NCBI RefSeq assembly: GCF_001194135.2
Contig: NC_068991.1
Location: forward strand, 36,143,928 to 36,178,818
DNA: 34,891 nucleotides
DNA from: Octopus bimaculoides
Taxonomy: Eukaryota
Direction of reading: 5' to 3'
Shown: positions 1-11,940 of the stretch, piece after piece
How the letters are laid out: each line of letters starts with the position of its first letter
How positions within the stretch are numbered: position 1 is the first letter of the stretch
Made by a program: the position numbers and the translations under genes
Notes under the pieces: model-generated
What the model was told of the DNA's origin: nothing
What the model saw: the letters and a program-made list of their open reading frames with translations, nothing else
Databases searched by the model: none

Positions 1-38
1 GACAACCGATGTTGGTGTGTTTACGTCCCCGAAACTTA
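1..38 (+). mobile_element. 3'-half fragment of tRNA/CORE-type SINE (same family as 21413-21845), cut by window edge
   Basis: GACAACCGATGTTGGTGTGTTTACGTCCCCG matches 21703-21733 (GACAACCGATGTTGGTTTGTTTACGTCCCCG) with one mismatch. Confidence 0.8.
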
Positions 39-862
39 ATACACACACACACGTGAACAAATAGAATTTCAGAAAAAAGAAAGGCGAAGGACAAAGTTAA
101 AGTTGGAAGCAGCTAAAACTCTTCTAACAAAATAGCAGTGATGGTATTGATAGTATGGCACAAACCGATAGACTGATCGATAGATGTTAGAATTCTCTCT
201 TCGGCACTGTGACGTGACTATAGCCAATACACTGAAGTGCTAGTTCTCAGCTGTGGGCAGCAGTAGTAGCATTGTAAAACTGTCGAGTTTATGGTGCTGA
301 GTTTTCGTGAGATAAAGCGCCCTTCTTCAAAAGAAATTATTCTGCAGAAACACACAGTTCTACAGACATGAACAGCATATAACGCTGAGTGTGGGTTATA
401 AAGAATACAAAACGTTTGGATGATATAAATAAATAGAGAGAGAAAGAGAGGGAAGAAGACAGAAAGTGGAGGGAAAAGAAGGAAAATGTAGATAATCTGA
501 AGAAATTAAATGAGAGGTTATTGAATATTTTTCATAGTTTACAGCACAAAATATATAAAAACTGATAAAAAAAAGCTTCAGCTTATTGTTATTCCCAGAA
601 CATTCATTGAGATGAAAATAACAATAATTCTATAGTAGATTTGTTAGATGTTAGTTTTCTTTTGTTATTTTTGTAGTTTTTCAGCTTATTATCTAGATTA
701 TTATGGTTCTGTCTTATAAAAAGACAATAAATAATTAATTATAGATACAATTAAGTAATTATGAGCGAGTAAACACACAAACAAAACAAACAAATGTTAT
801 TTGAACAACAAACAGACCACCAAGCGAAAAAATAGAAAAGTAAAAATAGATAATAATTTCTA

Positions 863-1374
863 NNNNNNNNNNNNNNNNNNNNNNNNNNNNNNNNNNNNNN
901 NNNNNNNNNNNNNNNNNNNNNNNNNNNNNNNNNNNNNNNNNNNNNNNNNNNNNNNNNNNNNNNNNNNNNNNNNNNNNNNNNNNNNNNNNNNNNNNNNNNN
1001 NNNNNNNNNNNNNNNNNNNNNNNNNNNNNNNNNNNNNNNNNNNNNNNNNNNNNNNNNNNNNNNNNNNNNNNNNNNNNNNNNNNNNNNNNNNNNNNNNNNN
1101 NNNNNNNNNNNNNNNNNNNNNNNNNNNNNNNNNNNNNNNNNNNNNNNNNNNNNNNNNNNNNNNNNNNNNNNNNNNNNNNNNNNNNNNNNNNNNNNNNNNN
1201 NNNNNNNNNNNNNNNNNNNNNNNNNNNNNNNNNNNNNNNNNNNNNNNNNNNNNNNNNNNNNNNNNNNNNNNNNNNNNNNNNNNNNNNNNNNNNNNNNNNN
1301 NNNNNNNNNNNNNNNNNNNNNNNNNNNNNNNNNNNNNNNNNNNNNNNNNNNNNNNNNNNNNNNNNNNNNNNNNN
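863..1374. other. Assembly gap (first of 12: also 1970-2309, 6397-6860, 7702-7867, 9226-10074, 10909-11008, 14700-15175, 17772-17874, 19143-19350, 21524-21533, 23081-23398, 25238-25439)
   Basis: N runs read directly; most are flanked by (TA)n, (TATG)n, (CA)n or (CT)n. Confidence 1.
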
Positions 1375-2584
1375 ATGTATGTATGTATGTATGTATGTAT
1401 GTATGTATCCGTTTGTTTGCCTGTCTGTCTACCTGTTTGTCCCTTTACTTTATATATCTTCTCCCTCTGTTTATCTAATTTCTTTCTTTTTTCTCTTTCT
1501 CCATTGGTATGCATATTTGGATGTGAATATAAGTTAAATGTATGTATGTGTATACACATACACACACACACTCACCCACCCTCACACATACACGCAAACA
1601 CGCGCACACTCACAGACATACATACACACACACACAAGCACACACAAATTATCGACCGCACATACTCAATGTATGTATTTTGTTTGTTCACCGGTACACT
1701 GTTTCATCGCGGTGGGGATGACTCCCTCAAGGCACTGGGTGTTATGATACCCGAAGGTCATAGCCACACGTGACACAACCCTCTAATCCATTCAGGTCGA
1801 TAGATACCGTAATTTCGGCTAAACTTCAATGTACCGACGACGAAGCAAACACAGATACTGAGTATGTGCGATGGATAATTTTTACAACACTAGCGCTACT
1901 CCTAATTCATAATTGAATATATTCATACATACATACATGTGTATATATATATATGTGTGTATAATATATNNNNNNNNNNNNNNNNNNNNNNNNNNNNNNN
2001 NNNNNNNNNNNNNNNNNNNNNNNNNNNNNNNNNNNNNNNNNNNNNNNNNNNNNNNNNNNNNNNNNNNNNNNNNNNNNNNNNNNNNNNNNNNNNNNNNNNN
2101 NNNNNNNNNNNNNNNNNNNNNNNNNNNNNNNNNNNNNNNNNNNNNNNNNNNNNNNNNNNNNNNNNNNNNNNNNNNNNNNNNNNNNNNNNNNNNNNNNNNN
2201 NNNNNNNNNNNNNNNNNNNNNNNNNNNNNNNNNNNNNNNNNNNNNNNNNNNNNNNNNNNNNNNNNNNNNNNNNNNNNNNNNNNNNNNNNNNNNNNNNNNN
2301 NNNNNNNNNATATATATATATATATATACTGTGAAAATAATAAGGGTAGAAAATTTAGAGAAATTTTCCTACTGGTGGCTAGAATGCATATTTTTGTCAA
2401 TAGCCAACATATTTTCCATATAAAATAGTGTACGCATTTATACACAACAGAGGTGATATTTAAGAGGACACCTTACATACTAGAGGGGGCAGTTAAAGCC
2501 CAAACCACGAATATTAGTAATTTCAAAGGGAATGAAAAATAAAATATTTTTATAGACTCGAGTTTCTACACTGGTTTTATATTA

Positions 2585-3185
2585 ATTAACAAGTCTTTGT
2601 TAGGAATCTCCTCTTGGTAACCATCTTACTTTAGTGCAATTGAAACTGATTGAAGATTTTATCATTTTTCACATTTTTTTTTACACATCAGAAATAATTA
2701 TGACTCCCAAATTTAAAACATGCAGACATCCAATTATATCTCCATTTATATTTTTAGCAAAGTGAGGATTTCTTTGTAATACACAGTGGACAATATGTAC
2801 ATCAGTCATCTTTTTCTTGATCAAGAATGCTAATCTTCGGAATGACCCACAATTGCTGGGGTACTATTAGCCGCCACTGCACTAATATTCAGAAAAGAAA
2901 CATTAAGTTTCTTCAAGTAACCCTCTGCACATCGCAACATTTTCTTCTCTGTTGCATCAGCTTTGAACTTTAAGATTTGGCTTTTATGCCGCATATAAGC
3001 CATGAGAATGTTTGAATTACTGAATGTTAACTCATGTCGGATACAAAACTTGCAATGCTGAAGCTTTGACCCTAAAGTTCTCTCCATATCAGGGACCATT
3101 TCATCAATGTGCCAACACTGGTTGAGAGGTTTCATCATAACAATTTCAATTACATCTGTAATAGCTGGTACATCATTAACGTCAT
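2585..3185 (-). pseudogene. hAT (Charlie/ZBED8-like) transposase remnant, central DDE region
   Basis: Minus-strand translation gives IDEMVPDMERTLGSKLQ, ILMAYMRH, NISAVAANSTPAIVG (cf. TDGAPAMVG), HIVHCVLQR (cf. HCVIHR) and TKVRWLPRG at about 2609-2635 (cf. HTEVRWLSRG); frameshifts and stops present. Confidence 0.85.
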
Positions 3186-3189
3186 GTCA

Positions 3190-3417
3190 AAATAACATAA
3201 ATGCAAAAAATAAACACCCCAAGCTTAGTGCAACAATCGGGCTCTTTTTATTAATATTTCCAAGTTCATACATGGTTGAAGTAGGTTTTAGTTATGCAAT
3301 TTCACTTTTAACGAAGATATACAAAATGAATCGGGAAGAGCGCAGCAATATAAGGCTAACACTCAATAATTTCCAGGCATAACTACATAACTACAATTCA
3401 CCAAATACACCTCATTT
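3190..3417 (+). pseudogene. hAT transposase C-terminal dimerisation-domain remnant, opposite orientation to the central part
   Basis: KHPKLSATIGLFLLIFPSSYMVEVGFSYAISLLTK..ERSNIRLTL resembles the hAT C-terminal motif FPSSYLVExGFSxV..L..KxRNRL..RGDLRLxL. Confidence 0.75.
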
Positions 3418-4101
3418 TAAATATTCAGACTATATGAACATGAGTTGATTGAATTTTTATTGTTCTTTATCAATTTTGTTAAGTACTTTCATTAAATTTT
3501 TTTTTTTAAGTTTCTTCTTAAAAAGCCGTAACGACACAAAACAATGAGGGATTCACTGATTGTAAATGAAGAAATTTTATATTTTTAAGTTTTAATTCAA
3601 TGTCAAAAATTTACATTATGTGGGTTGATAAGTTATCAACGATTCCATGAAAGGGCCGATGATATAAGAAGTTTGCCAATTTTTGATCTATGTAAATATT
3701 TATATAAATATCTAAATAAATATTTATATAAAAAGTGAAAAATTAGTTATATCTTTTAGAGGGAAGTTCTGATAACGTTTACGCTACGTTGAGTCATTTC
3801 TGCTTGATGGAATTAGAAACATTTAAAAATATTTTTAACCAACTCAGTATATTTCAGATTTCGAAATCTTTTAATATTCGCCAAGAATATTGACTATTTT
3901 TGAGTGAGTTGCTTGTCTCTGGTTCGACATAACAACTTGATAATCGATTTGATCGGCCTGACTCACAGCTTATCAGGCAGCATGTTAGTCATCAGACATG
4001 TTCTTTTTCCTTCACAGAACTTGTAATTATTCTTCCTTTCTTGTTCCAAGATGGAAAGATTTCGTCAATAATCCGAAGACGTGGCAGTGATGCTGGTGAC
4101 G

Positions 4102-4400
4102 TCAGCAATGATGATGATGATGATGACGACGATGACAATGATGAGAGTGATGATGACGACGACTGTGATGATGATGGTAATGATAGTGATCATGAGGATG
4201 ACAACGCAGATGACATTGATGATGGTTTTGATGAGAGTGATGATTAGAGCTTTGAAGTTGATGTGCTTGTGAAGAAGAAATAATGGAAGTGGAAGAAAAA
4301 TAGCGATGATGCGGATAATGAATGCTGGTGATAATGACGATAGTTGACTGTGATGTTGATATGGATAATGCTAGTGATAATGATGATGAATAGGAGGCTG
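4102..4400 (+). repeat. Degenerate (GAT)n low-complexity tract
   Basis: GAT/GAC/GGT triplet array; source of the poly-Asp, poly-Met and poly-His ORFs. Confidence 0.9.
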
Positions 4401-4534
4401 GGTGGGGGTAATAATTAAAAGAGGGGAAGAAAGGAAGAAAAAGGCGGACGATGTCGATGTTTAGCAACGTTACATTTTCTACTCCATATACTTTGTGATT
4501 TTCAAAGAGGTTTTTTGATTTCATAGCCACAAAA

Positions 4535-4560
4535 TGTGTGTGTGTGTGTGTGTGTGCACG

Positions 4561-4624
<64 letters not shown>
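4535..4624. repeat. (TG)n followed by (CA)n microsatellite, self-complementary
   Basis: (TG)11-CACGCACG-(CA)~30. Confidence 0.95.
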
Positions 4625-4626
<2 letters not shown>

Positions 4627-4886
4627 AAATACAGGTACGTTCATCCGAGCACCTCAAAAACATGAACAGCAGCAGGAGAAACAGCAACAGTAATAAAATA
4701 ATAGCAGCAATAATAATTTTGTTTGTAGCCAGAAGGCCCACCACACTTTGGCAGGGAGAGTTAATCGATTAAACTCTCCATAGTACATGACCGGTATCTT
4801 ATTTAATCAACCACAAAATAGTGAAAAACAAGATCGACACTAAAACGAAAATAAACAGTGCAAGATATTCTACTAATTCTATCTTA

Positions 4887-5240
4887 GGTGTCTTTCAGCA
4901 CAGCCTCGGATCGATTCAAATATTGTGAATAAAGTTGGGTAGACGGAACCTGTGTGGAATCCAGTCGGATGGATTGTACCTATAATTCAAATGTGCAACA
5001 CTGACTCTCACCGAGGATTATGTTAAGGACACGCGTGGCTGTGGAATACTCAGCCATTTATCGGCTAATTCAGTGATCAGGCGGATCGGTTGTTCAAACA
5101 ACACAGTGTCAAAATTAGTGGACGTTTATTTATTTATAAATTGCTTTACTCTTGCTGCGTGAGAAAAAACGTTTCGTACCAAATTGGTAAAAGTACTGAA
5201 GACACTCTATAGTGTAAGAATTTAAAAAAATAAATAAATA
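4887..5240 (+). mobile_element. Degenerate 5'-truncated SINE sharing the central domain of the 21413 family but with a different 3' part
   Basis: CACAGCCTCGGATCGA and GGTAGACGGAACCTG resemble TATAGCCTCGGGCCGA and GGTAGACGGAAACTG in the 21413 copy; ends in an A-rich (AAAT)n tail. Confidence 0.5.
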
Positions 5241-5809
5241 AAATCAATATGTTTATCTTTTTACTGAAAAGGAACTTTAATTTGAATGTTTAAAATAGAA
5301 GAATGTATTATTTCTTCTCGACGAGATTTTTATTGTTTATAATGGTAGTAATTTATGTGCATATTGCTTTTAATTTGCTTAATAGAAAGTATTAGTTTAT
5401 TTGCTTTATTAATCTATATAATTGTAGTTGTGACTACAACTCTATTAGTAAGGGACTTTATTAAAATCAAAGTTAATGATTTCCAGCAAAAATTGACACT
5501 TCGATGTTCCTATTGTTCATTAAATATGCCTATTCAACTGAAAGGTGTTTTTATGTTTATATTAAATGTGCTTTTGTTCACTCAAATTTTTCGTCGTCTG
5601 GTGTTATATCTTTTTTTCAGCAGGAATGATATTTTACAAATGTTCCTGCGTGTTTTACTCCCCACCATAGCCCGATTATTTTAATATTTTAATTGAAAAG
5701 AAGCTACTTTTAGGCAGTTTATTAACCATATTTACGTGAATTACTTATGTTAAATTTTCATGAAATGACCACTTTTACAATCATTTATTCGTTTCAAATG
5801 TTCACACAC

Positions 5810-5937
5810 TTTATCAACCACGGAAGGATGAAAGGCAAAGTCGACCTCGGCAGAATTTGAACTCAAAATTTAAATACAGATGAATGTTGCTACGCATTTT
5901 TGTCCGGTGTACTAACGATTCTGCCAGTTCGCCACCT
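5810..5937 (+). mobile_element. SINE 3' half (family with AAAGGCAAAGTCGACCTCGGCxGAATTTGAACTC)
   Basis: Aligns by eye to copies at 6861, 14103 and 34538. Confidence 0.85.
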
Positions 5938-5979
5938 TTTTTATCATATTAGGATATCTATTATTCACGAAAATAAAAA

Positions 5980-6342
5980 TAGCAAGAACACTCAGAGAGC
6001 GCAAAACTCCGCCAAGGCAACACTAACGTCCTCTCAACGATTAGCCAGAGGTGATTTTTAAAATGAGAATATCTGAAATAAACTCGATTGCTCTCACAAA
6101 CGAGAATACTAAAAATGAACCCGACGACTTAATAATTAAGTAAAAAGACAGGAAAAATAATCCAGAATCCTTGTCCGGTACCGAATCGATCCCAAAATCT
6201 AATCAGTTCGTGCCAGTCACGAGGTCAAACATCCCTGAAAGTTTCATCCTGATCAATCCAGCGGTTCTTGAGATATCTTGTCCACGGACAAACAAACACG
6301 ACTCAAAACAATACCTCCACCGTCGTTAAGGCGGAGGTAATA
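5980..6342 (-). mobile_element. Non-autonomous Helitron2/Helentron-like element
   Basis: Terminal hairpin TACCTCCACC-GTCGTTAA-GGCGGAGGTA (6312-6339); asymmetric inverted copy ACTCCGCC at 6006-6013; second small hairpin CACTC..GAGCG at the other end; internal (CAAA)n. Confidence 0.6.
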
Positions 6343-6860
6343 ATGATAGAAACGGAACTAAGAAGAGCGTTGCATTTTAAATATTAAGCAAAATGCNNNN
6401 NNNNNNNNNNNNNNNNNNNNNNNNNNNNNNNNNNNNNNNNNNNNNNNNNNNNNNNNNNNNNNNNNNNNNNNNNNNNNNNNNNNNNNNNNNNNNNNNNNNN
6501 NNNNNNNNNNNNNNNNNNNNNNNNNNNNNNNNNNNNNNNNNNNNNNNNNNNNNNNNNNNNNNNNNNNNNNNNNNNNNNNNNNNNNNNNNNNNNNNNNNNN
6601 NNNNNNNNNNNNNNNNNNNNNNNNNNNNNNNNNNNNNNNNNNNNNNNNNNNNNNNNNNNNNNNNNNNNNNNNNNNNNNNNNNNNNNNNNNNNNNNNNNNN
6701 NNNNNNNNNNNNNNNNNNNNNNNNNNNNNNNNNNNNNNNNNNNNNNNNNNNNNNNNNNNNNNNNNNNNNNNNNNNNNNNNNNNNNNNNNNNNNNNNNNNN
6801 NNNNNNNNNNNNNNNNNNNNNNNNNNNNNNNNNNNNNNNNNNNNNNNNNNNNNNNNNNNN

Positions 6861-7005
6861 GGGGGTTAAGTCGATTGCATCGACTCCATTACTCAACTGG
6901 TACTTATTTTATCGACCCCCAAAGAATGAAAGGCAAACTCGGTAGAATTTGAACTCAGAACGTAAGGCTGAAGAAATGCTGCTAAGCATTTTGCCCAGTA
7001 AGCTA
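6861..7005 (+). mobile_element. SINE 3' half (same family as 5810), 5' side lost in gap
   Basis: TTTATCGACCCC..AAAGGCAAA..GAATTTGAACTCAGAACGTAAG..GCTAAGCATTTTGCCC. Confidence 0.85.
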
Positions 7006-7651
7006 ATTAAGTCATAAATATCACTGTAATATTCATTATCATCTTACCAATAAACCTGAAACATCAGTGAGTATGCAAGAAAATATCATTATTATATGTA
7101 AGAAACTATTTGTTTTCCTCGACCCAATTATTCAATAAATGAAAAATACTTCAAAATACAAACCCATCATAACAATTCTCTGAATGAAAGACCTTAAGCA
7201 CCATGTAAATTAACATATGCGGCGGGGGTGAATTCTCTCGGTAAATCATATATTTCTAAATACTAGCTTTATTATTGATTTATTTCCTCGGTGAAGGGAA
7301 ACCTAGAGAGCATTTCGATTGAAGCATGTAGTTACACAGTGATATCGTGTTGGTTGCTAGTGGCAACGTACATTTCCTGTTGATACCTTGCATCAGTTAT
7401 CCAAAATGTGTATTAAATAGACTGCAGATAATTTGCAGTTTGGTTATATGATGTGTTCTACACCAGAAATTTAATACTTTTATACATTTACCACTAGGGA
7501 TCTAGGAAGAAAATTGGTTGGTGGGGGAAATAGTGGCGGAAGAGATTTGCACAGTAGTAGCATAATAAAAGAGAGAGGAATGTTAATATAGCATAAGTTG
7601 AAAATCAATCACACTAAAGTTAATGTCATCACCTTATTCCTAGTACGTGTG

Positions 7652-7701
<50 letters not shown>

Positions 7702-7867
7702 NNNNNNNNNNNNNNNNNNNNNNNNNNNNNNNNNNNNNNNNNNNNNNNNNNNNNNNNNNNNNNNNNNNNNNNNNNNNNNNNNNNNNNNNNNNNNNNNNNN
7801 NNNNNNNNNNNNNNNNNNNNNNNNNNNNNNNNNNNNNNNNNNNNNNNNNNNNNNNNNNNNNNNNNNN

Positions 7868-7909
<42 letters not shown>

Positions 7910-8729
7910 GCATACATACATATACGCACACATATTTCAGTGAGTGTATGTAAGTATGTGTGTATGTGTATACGTAGTAAAAAATCTATATATACGAAGA
8001 AGAAATTAAATGAATAAGCTGATAGCAGCAATTTTAATAAAGTGAATTTGATGAAATATGCATATTAATGTGTCGCGATTTGTAGACATAAAACTACGAC
8101 ATGAGTAATAAGAGAAAAAATGACGATGGTTTTACACATTCATTCTGAGTATACTTTGGCAGAATCGGACATGTATATGCTAATCGCTGTTGTTTTTTGT
8201 CATTGGAGAATAATTACTCCTTTCACAGGAATGTGTGTTTATAACACATTCGATTCAATAGCTGAAGGGGTCTTACGGAAGAAGTTGTCCCCCAAGGACG
8301 AAATACAACAGTAATTAGCATACTCACTTTCGAATGTCATAACACATTAAGAATGAATTTGTTAGTCATCGTTTTCATTCTCCGTGCATATGAGGATTCG
8401 TTATCAGTTGGCAGATATCCGCATAGATCAGGAAATTATTTTTTTGCTCAAATTATAAACAGCAGCTTCAAAATCATTAGTTTAGGGTAGCTTTGGCTGA
8501 AGACGCCCAATGATGTCGGAACAGCGGGTTTCCCCACTCCTCTTATACTCATGAATCAAATGTGTTATGAACACACATTCGTCGAAATGCAGAAATGTTC
8601 CCTACTGACAAAATGAATTAATGCTTAGCATATTTCATGACTTAATTTGTCAAAACGCTGTTCATAGTACACTGACAATTTATTACATGAAATACGTTAT
8701 AAAGAAATTAAATTACGACGAAAATTTGA

Positions 8730-8920
8730 TTAGATTACTCTTGTCAAATGTAATGCTTATTTATTCACATCATTCTGAATTAATCCTGCATTATTTCGTA
8801 GATTCAAGATTTCGATTATATGATTGTTTGTATTTAAAATGACTTTGTAGGGTAAGTCAAAGAGGCCAGATCTGGCTTGTTTGGACAGAAAACAAGTAGA
8901 ATATTAGGGCTGGACCAAAT
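8730..8920 (+). mobile_element. Probable decayed MITE body, termini not recognisable
   Basis: Resembles an abundant octopus interspersed repeat as I recall it (AGATTACTC..GTCAAATGTAATGCTTATTTATTCAC..GGCCAGATCTGGC); only one copy here, so it cannot be verified in the window. Confidence 0.35.
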
Positions 8921-10589
8921 TAACGCATATATAGTATCTATGTCAATCTGAAAGTATATAGCTATGTATATATGTATGCACGTATACGCGTGTATGTAAT
9001 TGTATGTACATGTTTATGTGTATATGTATGTATCTCCGATCATGCTTATATGCATGTGTGTATTTGTGTGCATGTATGCTGGTAAAATTGGATACTGAAA
9101 TATAAATAATGTAATCTCAATCAAGATAAAAAAGTAAATTAAAAAATGATTTAGTTGGAGACTTATGTACATACACATGCATATGCATGAATACATATAC
9201 ATATGTACGTATATATATATATATANNNNNNNNNNNNNNNNNNNNNNNNNNNNNNNNNNNNNNNNNNNNNNNNNNNNNNNNNNNNNNNNNNNNNNNNNNN
9301 NNNNNNNNNNNNNNNNNNNNNNNNNNNNNNNNNNNNNNNNNNNNNNNNNNNNNNNNNNNNNNNNNNNNNNNNNNNNNNNNNNNNNNNNNNNNNNNNNNNN
9401 NNNNNNNNNNNNNNNNNNNNNNNNNNNNNNNNNNNNNNNNNNNNNNNNNNNNNNNNNNNNNNNNNNNNNNNNNNNNNNNNNNNNNNNNNNNNNNNNNNNN
9501 NNNNNNNNNNNNNNNNNNNNNNNNNNNNNNNNNNNNNNNNNNNNNNNNNNNNNNNNNNNNNNNNNNNNNNNNNNNNNNNNNNNNNNNNNNNNNNNNNNNN
9601 NNNNNNNNNNNNNNNNNNNNNNNNNNNNNNNNNNNNNNNNNNNNNNNNNNNNNNNNNNNNNNNNNNNNNNNNNNNNNNNNNNNNNNNNNNNNNNNNNNNN
9701 NNNNNNNNNNNNNNNNNNNNNNNNNNNNNNNNNNNNNNNNNNNNNNNNNNNNNNNNNNNNNNNNNNNNNNNNNNNNNNNNNNNNNNNNNNNNNNNNNNNN
9801 NNNNNNNNNNNNNNNNNNNNNNNNNNNNNNNNNNNNNNNNNNNNNNNNNNNNNNNNNNNNNNNNNNNNNNNNNNNNNNNNNNNNNNNNNNNNNNNNNNNN
9901 NNNNNNNNNNNNNNNNNNNNNNNNNNNNNNNNNNNNNNNNNNNNNNNNNNNNNNNNNNNNNNNNNNNNNNNNNNNNNNNNNNNNNNNNNNNNNNNNNNNN
10001 NNNNNNNNNNNNNNNNNNNNNNNNNNNNNNNNNNNNNNNNNNNNNNNNNNNNNNNNNNNNNNNNNNNNNNNNNNATATATATATATATATATATATATAT
10101 AGAAGGGAAGAAATGGAGAGATGGAGTGGTAAATATATATAGAAGGGAAGAAAAGCGTAAATGAAAGAGATAGATAGATAGAGAGAGAGAGTGTGTAAGA
10201 AAGTGAGAAAATTTTCAAATGTGGTATATTGATGTGCATTTTCACGTTGAATCCAGTTTTGTGATTCATTTATTCCAGAAAAGCTTTACAAAAATGTTAC
10301 AGAAGTTTAAATCCTGGTAATTTTTACTGAATATGAAAACAGGATTTGGAAGCTAGCATTTTCTGCGTGATAGCTGTCTATCATAAAATGAAAGTAAGCA
10401 TTACAACAACGAAGTTTTAAGCAAAATGAAAGCAATTACATATCAAGAGAGAGAGGTGGAGATCGGTATGCGTGTGAGGTATACATATACAGACAGAGTG
10501 ACAAAGAGTGTGGTTGATATAGAGAGGATAAATGCATAAAATTGAGAGAGCCTGATGGAAACAGATAAAGAGTGGGAGATTTGTCGATC

Positions 10590-10764
10590 TAAAAGTTGAG
10601 TTATTTTTCGTAGCAAATTAAATTTTCTGATTAATCATAACGAAATACTTTGTCGTTGGGATGCAGATTTCAAAAATCAAATCCGTTTTTCTCTAGGGTG
10701 CACCGTTTCGGAGCTTTTCCGTGACATATTCACACACATACACTCTCATTTATATAGTAGATAG
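10590..10764 (+). mobile_element. Possible Helitron-like non-autonomous 3' end
   Basis: CAAATCCG..CCGTGACATATT(CA)n..CATTTATATAGTAGATAG layout resembles the 3' ends of invertebrate non-autonomous Helitron-like repeats. Confidence 0.3.
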
Positions 10765-11880
10765 AAGTTAAACGAGCAATACAGTTAAACAAATCAACGA
10801 TATATAGTAGAATAATTGTAGATACTTTAAATTCACATGCAAATAAATTTATGTCAGTTATGTATATACATACATACATGCATGCATACATACATACATA
10901 CATACATANNNNNNNNNNNNNNNNNNNNNNNNNNNNNNNNNNNNNNNNNNNNNNNNNNNNNNNNNNNNNNNNNNNNNNNNNNNNNNNNNNNNNNNNNNNN
11001 NNNNNNNNAGGCGGAAACCCTTAGGGATGAGGCGGTGATGTAAGCAGCGACTGAGAAATATATATATATATATACATACATACACTTTATTTGTGGATTA
11101 AAATTGCTACCAATCGTTTCATGTGTAAAAAGAATCCACAATTCTTCAAGCATTCTACTTCAGGATATTGGTAATCGCATCCCACGAAATGGATGTGATT
11201 ATGAACTCCTGAATTAGAAAGCTTGAGCAATTGTGATTCTTTTTATACATGAAACCAATGGTAGTACTGTTAATACATACATAAAGAAATATAAAATATT
11301 TATCCACTAAATACAGTGTTGGGTACCTATCTTTACTGATCGATACTATCATACATACGCACAAAATACACGCACATATGTATGTATATATATGCAGTTA
11401 TATATGTATGTTAGGTCTGTATATATATTTGTATGCATGTACGTACGTATGCATATGAGTATGAATGAATGTATGTATGAAAGCATGTATGTATATATGA
11501 ATGTATGTATGAATGTATGTTATGTATATTATGTCTGTCTGTATGTATGTACATATGAATGTGTGGAAGTGTGGAATGCTATTTTCATTTTTATTTTTAC
11601 ACAGAACAGAAACTAGAACAAACCAACGAAAATAGATTCCGTCTACATTGCAACAAATTGGATTGGATTCCAATCTAAATATTTATGTAAAGCTTAATGC
11701 AAAATGACCAACATTTCACGATTATATCTGCTGGATTTATTTAAAGACGATTATCTTTCTCGTTGATCTCCAGTTCTCTCGTTTTTCGTGCCTGTATATA
11801 CACACATAGATACGAGGAAAGAGAAAAATACGGACACATACAAATGTATTTTTAATTCGTGCATGCACACATACAAATTC

Positions 11881-11940
11881 TTATGTATGTATGTATGTAT
11901 GTATGTATGTATGTATGTATGTATGTATGTATGTATGTAT
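11881..11940. repeat. (TATG)n microsatellite
   Basis: Perfect tetranucleotide array. Confidence 0.95.

Noticed and set aside
200-235. TGACGTGA and GCCAAT motifs close together (promoter-like)
   Set aside because: Short motifs are expected by chance; no downstream gene or CpG-rich context
4041-4247. Acidic ORF after an acceptor-like pyrimidine tract
   Set aside because: Explained by the degenerate (GAT)n tract; no recognisable domain or donor site
5165-5220. CTGAAGA plus hairpin, and a nearby reverse-strand GAAACGTT (second hammerhead?)
   Set aside because: The two half-cores lie on opposite strands; neither strand gives a complete core
11017-11028. TTAGGG-containing sequence after a gap
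   Set aside because: Single unit, not a telomeric array
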